Part shown: positions 16,085-24,060 of the stretch, one piece after another
How the letters are laid out: every line of letters begins with the position of its first letter
Position numbering within the stretch: the first letter of the stretch is position 1
Virus record (IMG/VR): IMGVR_UViG_3300041016_000526
Span: 1 to 24,060 of that record
Direction: 5' to 3' (one strand)
Length of the DNA: 24,060 nt
Source of the DNA: a virus
Taxonomy: Duplodnaviria > Caudoviricetes
Notes under the pieces: generated by a model
What the model saw: the letters and a program-made list of their open reading frames with translations, nothing else
Databases searched by the model: none
What the model was told of the DNA's origin: nothing
Made by a program: the position numbers and the translations under genes

Positions 16085-18520
16085 TTAACGAGGCTCAAAC
16101 TCAGCTAAGTCAAAGCCATCTAAACTATCCTCGTTGGACTCAAAGTTCAATGGAGGTAAGTTGTTTTTTTTCTGCTGTATCATCTTAGACTGCTGCGTGT
16201 TCTGTTGGCTTATGCGGTTTGTCTTAGCGATATCTTTTTTATTATCACGCTCGTTCATAACACCCACCTCCATCTGAGATAACTTTAAGTTGTAGTTAAA
16301 CTCCTCAGCCATAAGTTTAGATTTTAGCATAGCCTGCTCTTTCATAAGCTTTATATCAAGCTCTACCTCCATCTGCTTGAGCTGCATCTTACCTTGAATC
16401 TCTCCTTGAATCTTTTGCATTGCGGTCTGACCCGCCATCTCCTGAGATTTTAGTTGCTGTTGAGAAATCATAGCTTGCTTCTGCATCTCCATCTGCTCCT
16501 CACGCTCGTTCTTTTTAACGCGTTTTAGCTTGAGCAACTGATTGGCAAGTTTAAGATTTTTAATCTCTCTGATATCAATAGCGTCCTCAAGGTTTATATC
16601 ACCTTTAGATAGAGCCATCTGTATGTTCTGCTCCACTTGAGCCTTCTGCTCCTCGTCGGGAGCCAACTCAATGAAGATACCAAAGTCATATATATATAGG
16701 TCACTTATCTCTGTTAAGATACCAACATTATGCTTTCCAATCTGATTGATAAACTCCTCTTTAAAATCAGCGTACTCTAATATATCAGATATCCTATATG
16801 TCAGTGCCTCTGCCAATGTTCTATAAACATATAGAGATGACTCAAGTATATGGCGTGTAGCCGTATTTGAGTTAAGAGCAGCTAGCTTCTGTAGACCAAC
16901 CAATGAGTTAGGGTCGGGATTAGAACCGTCGCGAGCCTCGTTCAGACCCGTTACTGACCTAATCATATCTAAATAATGGTTATAGTTAGTGAGCAACATC
17001 TGTGTCTTTGATGTGCCTGAGTTAGATGTAAGCTGCGTGATTGGAATCTTTGCATTATTAAAATCTCCGTCACCCGTAAAGCTACGCCCTATGACACTAC
17101 CCGTTTGAAAGTAAAGTCTTAGCGCATCCTCGGGGTTATAGGCGTTACCTGTACCTAAGTCAACCTCACTCAATCCGTCGGCATCTATAAAAACACCATC
17201 GGGGACAATTCTATTGATAACCTGCTGAAGCTTTAAGTGAGTTATCTGAATCAAGTCGGCAAAAGGAATCATCCTACGCACCAACGACTCAATAACACCC
17301 TTATACATACGAGGCGCACAAGCAACGTAGTTTGGGATAGCGTGTTGAGATGCTGACTTAGGGCGAACCATATTTTCTGACATATCCCACTTAAGAAGAA
17401 TGTTAGTACCCATAACCATAATCCCCTCAAACCATACGTCGATGGTCTTCTCTATCTTCTCAAACTTACCCTCCTCCATCATCTCTGTCGGTGGGTTAAA
17501 CGTGTCGTCCTTCTCTATTACTCTTGTCCCACCATTTTCAAGTATCTTCTTTTTATAGACAATCTTCTTTGTGGTCTTGTAGTTAAAATATAAAAGCGTA
17601 GCGGTATCTTTGAAGAACATATCGTTCTGATACATCTGTGCCACGTTAAAATAGTCGTACCAAGAGTTGCTATACTGAGATATCTCACTTAAATCCTCCC
17701 TTGTCAACTTTGGGTCAATCTTAAGAAGCTCTGTAAGTGCCATTGTCTTTATCTCACCCCAATAAAAGCAGTCCTTAAAGAAAGGGTCTTCAGTATAACT
17801 GAAAACTACGTTCGCGGGGTCTACATATGAGATACGAACGCCCTCGCCCGGAAGGAACTCGTGCTTAGCCACGCACATACCTATAACAGTAGCATCGTAG
17901 TCAAGTCGTTTTCTAATATCGTCGTAGTGGTTGTTATCAAACATTGTGTTGATAGCTTCCTCTTCGGCTATCTCAATGCCCGGCTTGTAGGCAATCTGCA
18001 TATGAAGCTGAAGCTCCTCGTCATTAACGGGAAGGTTCTCAGGGTCCATCACAAATGGGTTGGCTCCCGAACGCTCTGCTATAAGAGTCAAGGCATCCTT
18101 GCCCGCCATCTGAGTCTCTATTATATTTTGGTACTCGGTTCTTCTTCCTTGAGATATAGCATCGTACGCGTAAGCCTTAACCTTAAACAATCTGTCTGAC
18201 ATACCGTTAACAACAATATCAACAAACTTTGGAAGGATAGGGACAGGTGTCCAATCTATATTTAAGTAAGATAGGTCACCATCAATGGCTAACTCATTCT
18301 TATACTTAGCCACCGACTGCTCTCCACGAGCATATAGCTTGAGTCTGTGAAACTCACGAGCCTGTCCGTAGTATCTGCAATTATTTCCGTCTTTCTTAAA
18401 CCACTCATACTGAATAGCTTGTCCGACTTGTAACCCATAAGCATCGGAAGCTTTTTCTGCGTCTGTTGCCATCTGAGTTGGGAAAACCGAAGATGTTATA
18501 TCTATTAATAAATTTTTCAT
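16085..18520 (-). CDS. Portal protein, 811 aa
   Basis: Directly after TerL; PILPKFVDIVVNG, RISYVDPANVVFS, SLVRRMIPFADLIQ, IRSVTGLNEARDG, long Gln/Met/Lys-rich coiled-coil C-terminus typical of podophage portals. Confidence 0.85.
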   Translation of the reverse strand: MKNLLIDITSSVFPTQMATDAEKASDAYGLQVGQAIQYEWFKKDGNNCRYYGQAREFHRLKLYARGEQSVAKYKNELAIDGDLSYLNIDWTPVPILPKFVDIVVNGMSDRLFKVKAYAYDAISQGRRTEYQNIIETQMAGKDALTLIAERSGANPFVMDPENLPVNDEELQLHMQIAYKPGIEIAEEEAINTMFDNNHYDDIRKRLDYDATVIGMCVAKHEFLPGEGVRISYVDPANVVFSYTEDPFFKDCFYWGEIKTMALTELLKIDPKLTREDLSEISQYSNSWYDYFNVAQMYQNDMFFKDTATLLYFNYKTTKKIVYKKKILENGGTRVIEKDDTFNPPTEMMEEGKFEKIEKTIDVWFEGIMVMGTNILLKWDMSENMVRPKSASQHAIPNYVACAPRMYKGVIESLVRRMIPFADLIQITHLKLQQVINRIVPDGVFIDADGLSEVDLGTGNAYNPEDALRLYFQTGSVIGRSFTGDGDFNNAKIPITQLTSNSGTSKTQMLLTNYNHYLDMIRSVTGLNEARDGSNPDPNSLVGLQKLAALNSNTATRHILESSLYVYRTLAEALTYRISDILEYADFKEEFINQIGKHNVGILTEISDLYIYDFGIFIELAPDEEQKAQVEQNIQMALSKGDINLEDAIDIREIKNLKLANQLLKLKRVKKNEREEQMEMQKQAMISQQQLKSQEMAGQTAMQKIQGEIQGKMQLKQMEVELDIKLMKEQAMLKSKLMAEEFNYNLKLSQMEVGVMNERDNKKDIAKTNRISQQNTQQSKMIQQKKNNLPPLNFESNEDSLDGFDLAEFEPR

Positions 18521-20793
18521 CGTATCAATTGACTAAGATTCCCATCTTGATTATATCTTGCAAAGTTAATACTAATTTTCGATTCTTTTTTCTCGGGCTG
18601 ATACAAGTGTTTTTGATTAGCCATAATCGCTAATCCCGAACTGATAGACGCGTCAAACTTTGTTCTATCGTTAATATCAAACTTTGCCCAATCCTCCAAT
18701 GTCCTCATAAAAGGCATAGTACCCATCTGTTCGGGGTCTCTGTACCTACCCTCTAAGTCCAAACCTATATACTTCTCTATATATGACTCTATTGCCGAGG
18801 CGTGAGCCTGCTTGACATCCTCTGATGAGTTAGGTATACCGCCGAGCTCCCTTTCTGTTTTTGATAGCTTAGAGAATACCTTGTCGGGTCTATTAAGACA
18901 GAAACCTCTATAGCCCCTATTCTTAAAGTGATATAGTAACCTAGGCTTGTTGTTCTCTATTAATATTGGCATACCAAAGAATACACACGCCATAAGAACC
19001 TCTTCGAAAAATATCTCTGCTGTCTGTGGTCGTGCTATATACTCTAAAAAAAATTCATTTGCGGGAAACTCCTCCATATGAAACTTGGTCAGTCCGTGCA
19101 AAGAACCGTTAGAGCCCCTGCCCTCTACTACCGCTGATATATCATAAGAGTCACAGCCGAAAGAACCCATATGTTCGTTTCCGGGAAACTTACCGCCCTG
19201 CCTTGTGTGTACGTTGTTTTGCATACCCTTAGTTGGGAACCAACTGATATAAAATCTGCCGTTCTTATCAGGAGACCATATCACCTTACTATCTTTTATC
19301 CCGTCCTCCCAATAAAAGCTTCCCCTCGTTATATAGTGCTCTTTAATCATACTATCATTATAGTCAATCTGATGATATATCTTCGTGAGATTAAAAATCG
19401 CCTGCTTGCTCTCGTCCCTAAATGCGTGAGACTCTGTCCTTGGAAACTGACGATAGAACTCGTTAAGAGCGTCTGAGTCTGACTTTAGTGATGCCACCTC
19501 AGCCTCCCAATAGTTTATAGCTCCGTTAGAAATCCAATTCCCATCAACACCCTTAACCTTCTCAATAGGTTTTTCAAACACGGGCATCCCAAACCTATCT
19601 ATAAACCCCTCCATATTCCACTCCATAGGGATGAATAAGCCATATAGACCACTCTTTGTCTGACCGTTTGCGTTGCGTGAAGATACGCGTGAGTCCTCAT
19701 ATATATCTTTGAAGTTCTGACCGCCTTTAGATAGCGCATTCGATGTAGACCCCATCATACACTTGCCTACAATCTTACTACCCAAACGAAGACAAGTCTT
19801 TGTCACACGCCAATTCTCTTTTATGTTAACGGGCTTCGTCCACTTACCGCACTCGTCGTGAACCAATAGCTTTAACTTCTCTCCGTCATAGGAGTTGTCC
19901 TCCGTGTTCTTCCAATCTATCGTTGTATCAAGACCATCTAACTCGTCCTTGCCCGTATCGTACATATTTTTTTTTGTAATACGCGCCGCAGGAATCCTAT
20001 AAGCCAACTCTGTCTTAGGCTTATCCATACCGTCCATAATGGGCTTAAAGAAAAAAGGAAGTCGATTATTAATTGGCACAACCTTATCGGTGAACATCTT
20101 CTTGGCATCGGCTCCTGTCTTTGACAGTATTCCAATTCGCGCATCTCTAACAAGCGTTCCTATATTAATGCACTCTGATGATGACATAAAAGAAAACCCC
20201 GAGCGCCTTATCTTTAGGTATATCATACCGAACGCACGTAGGTCAGCCTTGCACGCCTCCCAAAATATAAAAAATATTCTATTTGCCTCTCGAAAGTCAG
20301 CGTACCCAACGTCAATGCTTGACCACTGAAGGTACATATAGTGAGCCCCCGTGATATAAGTCAGCTTCCCGTTGTTCATAAACCAATAGCCGTTCTCCCT
20401 ATAGTCAAACTCTCGTTCTATATAGTCAACCCACTTGTTCTTAAACTCTTTTGGCATCTCGTTCCACTGAAAGATAGACGATATTCTACTTAGCTCTTTT
20501 GGTAAGACCGTTCTCTCCCAATACTGCTCAGCCTTAAAGTTGTCCCTCTGAACAAACTCCGAAGGTGTTGGTGGCAAAGCTACCACCAATCCTGATATGC
20601 TTATAATCTGACCTATCTTCCCTGTCTTTGAGATGACAACCATATCGTACTTCTCGTGATAGCCATAGTCCCAAGACTGTGCCCTATTCTTTTGGGTCAT
20701 AGCTTGATGAGGGACGTAGTCCGTCAGCTCTCTATATAGCTCTTTATTTCGACCTTCTTTCTGCAAAGCCTTGTTTTGTATCAGTTCTGTCAA
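18517..20793 (-). CDS. terL: Terminase large subunit (start uncertain)
   Basis: Walker A variant LKIRRSGFS, Walker B LLVHDECGK, coupling motif GST, RNase H-like nuclease motifs GCDSYD, IENNK, KFDASISSG. Confidence 0.9.
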   Translation of the reverse strand: MTELIQNKALQKEGRNKELYRELTDYVPHQAMTQKNRAQSWDYGYHEKYDMVVISKTGKIGQIISISGLVVALPPTPSEFVQRDNFKAEQYWERTVLPKELSRISSIFQWNEMPKEFKNKWVDYIEREFDYRENGYWFMNNGKLTYITGAHYMYLQWSSIDVGYADFREANRIFFIFWEACKADLRAFGMIYLKIRRSGFSFMSSSECINIGTLVRDARIGILSKTGADAKKMFTDKVVPINNRLPFFFKPIMDGMDKPKTELAYRIPAARITKKNMYDTGKDELDGLDTTIDWKNTEDNSYDGEKLKLLVHDECGKWTKPVNIKENWRVTKTCLRLGSKIVGKCMMGSTSNALSKGGQNFKDIYEDSRVSSRNANGQTKSGLYGLFIPMEWNMEGFIDRFGMPVFEKPIEKVKGVDGNWISNGAINYWEAEVASLKSDSDALNEFYRQFPRTESHAFRDESKQAIFNLTKIYHQIDYNDSMIKEHYITRGSFYWEDGIKDSKVIWSPDKNGRFYISWFPTKGMQNNVHTRQGGKFPGNEHMGSFGCDSYDISAVVEGRGSNGSLHGLTKFHMEEFPANEFFLEYIARPQTAEIFFEEVLMACVFFGMPILIENNKPRLLYHFKNRGYRGFCLNRPDKVFSKLSKTERELGGIPNSSEDVKQAHASAIESYIEKYIGLDLEGRYRDPEQMGTMPFMRTLEDWAKFDINDRTKFDASISSGLAIMANQKHLYQPEKKESKISINFARYNQDGNLSQLIR
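18561..18568 (-). promoter_or_regulatory. Bacteroidota-type -7 promoter box TAACTTTG inside the 3' end of terL
   Basis: TAnnTTTG followed by CA, 40 nt upstream of the portal ATG. Confidence 0.5.
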
Positions 20794-21025
20794 CTCCTTT
20801 CTCTGATGACTCTATATTCTCTTTTTCGGATTCTATCCTAGTTAAAATCTCAAACGCATCAACTATAGATAACTTCTTGGTGGCGGCGGCGTTCTTTAAC
20901 TTATCAGCAGATAGGTCATTGCCATCTTCGTCAGGAGTTAATATCGGCTCCTCGGCGACCTTGATAAGTTCGTCGATGGCGCGATAGGCGGCGGCTATAA
21001 TCCTTAGTTTAATTTCTTTGCTCAC
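20744..21025 (-). CDS. Putative terminase small subunit, 93 aa
   Basis: Small helical protein immediately upstream of and overlapping terL; ends GFAERRSK. Assignment is positional. Confidence 0.55.
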   Translation of the reverse strand: MSKEIKLRIIAAAYRAIDELIKVAEEPILTPDEDGNDLSADKLKNAAATKKLSIVDAFEILTRIESEKENIESSEKGVDRTDTKQGFAERRSK

Positions 21026-21477
21026 TTGTCCTCCTCTAAAAAAATAATATGACTAACGCCACCCGTTTTGTATTTCATAAAGCCATAGATAGCATCCTTT
21101 GTCTCGTCGGTATCGGATGTAAAAGCAATCATCCTATTAAATTTAGGGAAAGCCATATTTAAAACATCACCCTGCTCGTCACAAATCTCTAAAGCAGAGA
21201 CATACTCTTGGTTATCAGAGAGAGATAGCACGGCGATTATATCTCCGCTCATACCCTCAAAGCTTGAGACCCCTGACTCGACAGCCACGTTCCACTTTAC
21301 TGTGTAGTTACGAAATAAGTCGAGCACAAACTTAGAGAACTCGTCGTCGTCTCCCCTTGGCTGTACGTGGCTGTATATTTTTTCGCCATCCATTAGCTCT
21401 TGAAAGCCGTTTTTGGTGATGTCATCTAAATAACCATTAGGTTCTTTTAAGATGTTGTCAAATGAGATTAAATTCAT
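21022..21477 (-). CDS. Degenerate 2OG-Fe(II) oxygenase-like protein, 151 aa
   Basis: Shares scaffold with the neighbour (ISFDNIL, FQELMDGEK, IAVLSLS, KFNRMIAF, IIFL) but has no HxD...H or substrate Arg. Confidence 0.55.
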   Translation of the reverse strand: MNLISFDNILKEPNGYLDDITKNGFQELMDGEKIYSHVQPRGDDDEFSKFVLDLFRNYTVKWNVAVESGVSSFEGMSGDIIAVLSLSDNQEYVSALEICDEQGDVLNMAFPKFNRMIAFTSDTDETKDAIYGFMKYKTGGVSHIIFLEEDK

Positions 21478-21490
21478 AGTTTATTTGATT

Positions 21491-22060
21491 TTATTTATAA
21501 AACATTACGTAAACAATTCTCCCTTTAGACCACCCTACGTTAGGGTACTTGCTGTGAAAAAAATTACAAGGATAGCAAACCCCTCTATTGACCTTATACC
21601 CAACAACAGAAGATAGGTTCCACTTCTGTATATTATTAGACTCATTTAATAGAACATCGTCATACTTATCAAATGATATATCCTCGGGCAACGAGTGACC
21701 AAGCTCCTTGTGTTCCCAAAACGCCGTTCCGTGCAGCCCAAGCTCCCCTTCCGGTGGAGATAGGTAAAGCACTAATGCCCTCTTGGGTCTGTCGCCATTT
21801 ATTATAGCATCGCTGTGGATATGCCAATCGGTGTCGACCTTATTTGTCGCAACACGAAAAAAGCTATACACATTTGTTCTCTCCACACCCTCTACTGAGC
21901 TAATTTTTTTTATAATCATCTCCGCAAACTCAGGCGTATCATACTGAACCCAAAAACTTTTATCACCCGCAACGACCTCTTTGAACTCGTTAGAACAAAG
22001 TCTTTCGTAGGTGTCCTTATAGGTCTGCGTATCTAAAAAATCGTCGATTATATTTATCAT
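21491..22060 (-). CDS. 2OG-Fe(II) oxygenase superfamily protein (DUF6445-like), 189 aa
   Basis: IIDDFL, HIHSD (HxD), ALVLYLS, GTAFW, NRGVCY, FHSKY (distal His), GRIVYVMFY (2OG-binding Arg). Confidence 0.8.
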   Translation of the reverse strand: MINIIDDFLDTQTYKDTYERLCSNEFKEVVAGDKSFWVQYDTPEFAEMIIKKISSVEGVERTNVYSFFRVATNKVDTDWHIHSDAIINGDRPKRALVLYLSPPEGELGLHGTAFWEHKELGHSLPEDISFDKYDDVLLNESNNIQKWNLSSVVGYKVNRGVCYPCNFFHSKYPNVGWSKGRIVYVMFYK

Positions 22061-22620
22061 AGCTTGATTGTTATTTGATGGTCATATATTCTATATAGTT
22101 TTTCCCCATCCACCTCAAACTCGTAATCGCTGTTGGGGGTAAAACAAATATGGTCACCCGCGGATACGCCTTGACTGATTAAATAATCATTGGGGTATCT
22201 CATTATGCCCCTCAAGGGCTCGTTCAAGAAAGTTTTTTTGATATAGTAATCAACAGATGGAATAGGTGCGACAAAACAATACCTATCGTATGTGTGCCAC
22301 TCATTCCCCTTTTTATATAGAAAAAACTGTTCTGTCTCTATAAAAAATATGTCGTCCTTAAAAAAACTCTTTCCGCTTCTCCTGTTTCCTTTAATGTCGT
22401 TATAAAACTTAAAGGCGTTGTGGTGAACAAGAAGGGTGTCCCCTGTCTCTATAGGACCATTATACCCAAGAGGCGTTTCTATAACCTCGGCAAACCTATT
22501 TGAAAACTTATGGTCTTCCTCAGAGGTGCTGACAACTATGTCAGTGCCTGATAAATTTTTTGTATTGTTGTACCTTCTCCCGTCAACAGGAGTTACCATA
22601 AAATAAAAAGGAGACTTCAT
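22057..22620 (-). CDS. GroES-like (co-chaperonin fold) protein with two tandem domains, 187 aa
   Basis: Two halves with GroES-like patterns: AEVIETP...IETGDTLLVHH and GIMRYP...GVSAGDHICFTPNSDYEFEVDGEKLYRIYDHQI. Confidence 0.6.
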   Translation of the reverse strand: MKSPFYFMVTPVDGRRYNNTKNLSGTDIVVSTSEEDHKFSNRFAEVIETPLGYNGPIETGDTLLVHHNAFKFYNDIKGNRRSGKSFFKDDIFFIETEQFFLYKKGNEWHTYDRYCFVAPIPSVDYYIKKTFLNEPLRGIMRYPNDYLISQGVSAGDHICFTPNSDYEFEVDGEKLYRIYDHQITIKL

Positions 22621-22847
22621 TAGTAATGGATATTAAATTCGATTGCAATAGGAACAGTAGAGTTAAATTTTTTCCATAAAACTATTTCATTCTTTATGTT
22701 TATTATATAAATAAGAAGAGAGCCTTCTTGCTCGTCATACTTTATTAAATGTATCTCATTAGAATCACCAAGTATTTTCTGACCCACAATGTAGTGCATC
22801 GCTCCACTTTTGTAATCGGGTCCTACTGATATCTTTCTAATATCCAT
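22620..22847 (-). CDS. Conserved hypothetical phage protein, about 75 aa
   Basis: MDIRKISVGPDYKSGAMHYIVGQ...LWKKFNSTVPIAIEFNI; start moved to ATG 22847 because the track's TTG overlaps a promoter box; stop overlaps the next ATG. Confidence 0.7.
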   Translation of the reverse strand: MDIRKISVGPDYKSGAMHYIVGQKILGDSNEIHLIKYDEQEGSLLIYIINIKNEIVLWKKFNSTVPIAIEFNIHY

Positions 22848-22853
22848 AAGAAA

Positions 22854-22861
22854 CAAAGATA
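22854..22861 (-). promoter_or_regulatory. Bacteroidota-type -7 promoter box TATCTTTG
   Basis: TAnnTTTG match in the gap heading the GroES-oxygenase-terminase run. Confidence 0.6.
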
Positions 22862-22868
22862 TGTTTTT

Positions 22869-23222
22869 TTATGAAGATAACAAGGAATCATTTTGTTTCA
22901 TAAAGTCACAGAGCTTTTCAAAGATAGTCTCCGGCTTGCCAACCGCAAAGATTATGTTCCCTGATTCTAAAATTAATTCTGTGTAGTATTTTTTATTCTT
23001 AGCTCTCTTAGATAACAGACAGCAAGGTAACATTCCTACTATGGGGTCACTAACAATGTTAATATACGCAACGTCTATCTCATAGTCGTCAACCAATCCC
23101 ATATTATTAAGTCTTATTCTTTTTAACACATCGTCCTCATCGTCCTCTTCTGTGCTCTCGTACTGTTGAAGTGTTGACGTTACCGCATAGATACTGTGTA
23201 TCTTAAACCAATTATCCCCCAT
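22869..23222 (-). CDS. Hypothetical protein, 117 aa
   Basis: ATG 1 nt after the amidase stop; acidic patch EEDDEDD; no transmembrane segment. Confidence 0.6.
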   Translation of the reverse strand: MGDNWFKIHSIYAVTSTLQQYESTEEDDEDDVLKRIRLNNMGLVDDYEIDVAYINIVSDPIVGMLPCCLLSKRAKNKKYYTELILESGNIIFAVGKPETIFEKLCDFMKQNDSLLSS

Positions 23223-23223
23223 A

Positions 23224-23880
23224 TCATAAAGATAGTAACATATCTATTAGGTTAGGTTGTGGGCTACAGTCCACCTTTCCCTTTAATACGTTGGTGTGAG
23301 TCCACATTCCGTGTTTTTTTGAACACATAGCTACGTCCATCACATTAAACGCCTCCGCTCCCTTTTCCTTTATTAGTTCAACCAACCCCTTTCTTGGGTC
23401 TATACTATCTCTGTTGGCAATAAATAAAATCAACTCCTTCAAACTAACCAACTGCTTATCTGAGTATCTGTGCCAATGCTGAAATCCACGAAATGCTTTA
23501 TCAAGTTTTACTGTCTGCTCCTCAGGAACAGGCAGGTTGACATAGTTCTTTCCCTTGACCACTTGACCAAAACTACAAATCTCAATGCCTACTGAATTTC
23601 GGTGCATCAAACTGTTTCCTGTGCCAAGGTGCCATCCGTAGTTCCCTTTTGGAAATGCCTGTGCTATAATACCATCGTAGTGATGGTCTTTCTTTTTTAT
23701 TATACTCTGACCGCCCAATACAAATTCAGTAGCTATCTTTCCCCTCGTATCTCTATTCCAACCGTCGATTGTTCCCATAGGGTTATCCCAACCTGCTGTG
23801 TGGTGCAAAAATATCCACTCCTTTTTACCACTGCCGACAAGGTATTGCTCCTTGTCCATAAAGTGTTCTTTGATTTCCAT
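23224..23880 (-). CDS. N-acetylmuramoyl-L-alanine amidase (Amidase_2), probable endolysin, 218 aa
   Basis: IFLHHTAG, WHLG, NSVGIEIC, YSDKQLVSLKELI, THTNV...KVDCSP: Zn-binding His/His/Cys pattern of T7-lysozyme-like amidases. Confidence 0.85.
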   Translation of the reverse strand: MEIKEHFMDKEQYLVGSGKKEWIFLHHTAGWDNPMGTIDGWNRDTRGKIATEFVLGGQSIIKKKDHHYDGIIAQAFPKGNYGWHLGTGNSLMHRNSVGIEICSFGQVVKGKNYVNLPVPEEQTVKLDKAFRGFQHWHRYSDKQLVSLKELILFIANRDSIDPRKGLVELIKEKGAEAFNVMDVAMCSKKHGMWTHTNVLKGKVDCSPQPNLIDMLLSL

Positions 23881-23881
23881 C

Positions 23882-24060
23882 TTATAGATTATTTAATCTA
23901 TTCTTAAGCTCTATTATCTGCGCATCTGTCAATGATGCTATATCAATGTTCGAAAGGTTAACCTTTTCTATTATAGCTTCCTCTATTATTGGAATTGGCA
24001 ATAACGCCTCTATCTCTGCAACATCACTTTCGTTCTCTGCAAAGAAGTAATTGATGCCAT
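23882..24060 (-). CDS. C-terminal 58 aa of a hypothetical protein (partial, not in the ORF track)
   Basis: Open frame GINYFFAENESDVAEIEALLPIPIIEEAIIEKVNLSNIDIASLTDAQIIELKNRLNNL-stop, ending 1 nt before the amidase ATG. Confidence 0.6.
   Translation of the reverse strand, partial: GINYFFAENESDVAEIEALLPIPIIEEAIIEKVNLSNIDIASLTDAQIIELKNRLNNL

Noticed and set aside
19967-19975. A9 run in terL, and A8 runs in scaffold and portal genes, as programmed frameshifts
   Set aside because: They fall in essential coding regions with no evident useful alternative product; they show that Lys-codon runs occur as background.
1398-23907. Remaining short plus-strand and nested minus-strand ORFs in the track
   Set aside because: All lie within longer, motif-bearing minus-strand genes and show no recognisable features or expression signals.
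1-24060. CRISPR array, tRNA, integrase/transposase, reverse transcriptase or DGR repeat pair
   Set aside because: Intergenic gaps are all under 90 nt and no such repeats or protein motifs were seen by eye.

Overview
A single minus-strand morphogenesis region of a tailed, podovirus-type phage. The host is most likely Bacteroidota, judged from TAnnTTTG promoter boxes and A-rich leaders without Shine-Dalgarno sequences. The architecture resembles crAss-related and Flavobacteriia podophages. Gene order in transcription direction: partial hypothetical, amidase endolysin, two hypotheticals, double GroES-like protein, intact and degenerate 2OG-Fe(II) oxygenase pair, TerS, TerL, portal, scaffold, major capsid, conserved protein, two ring/adaptor proteins, two small basic proteins, a tail nozzle/stabilisation gene apparently split into 1569-aa and 269-aa parts around a Cys-rich module, a GNAT-like protein, and three putative ejection proteins. 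The last of these (1..691) runs off the window and is missing from the ORF track. The most notable signals are an A10 tract in that last gene whose -1 frame encodes a cationic, Phe-rich tail, the split nozzle, a motif shared by adjacent ejection proteins, and an apparently catalytically dead oxygenase paralog. Product calls come from motif recognition and gene order only; no searches were run.
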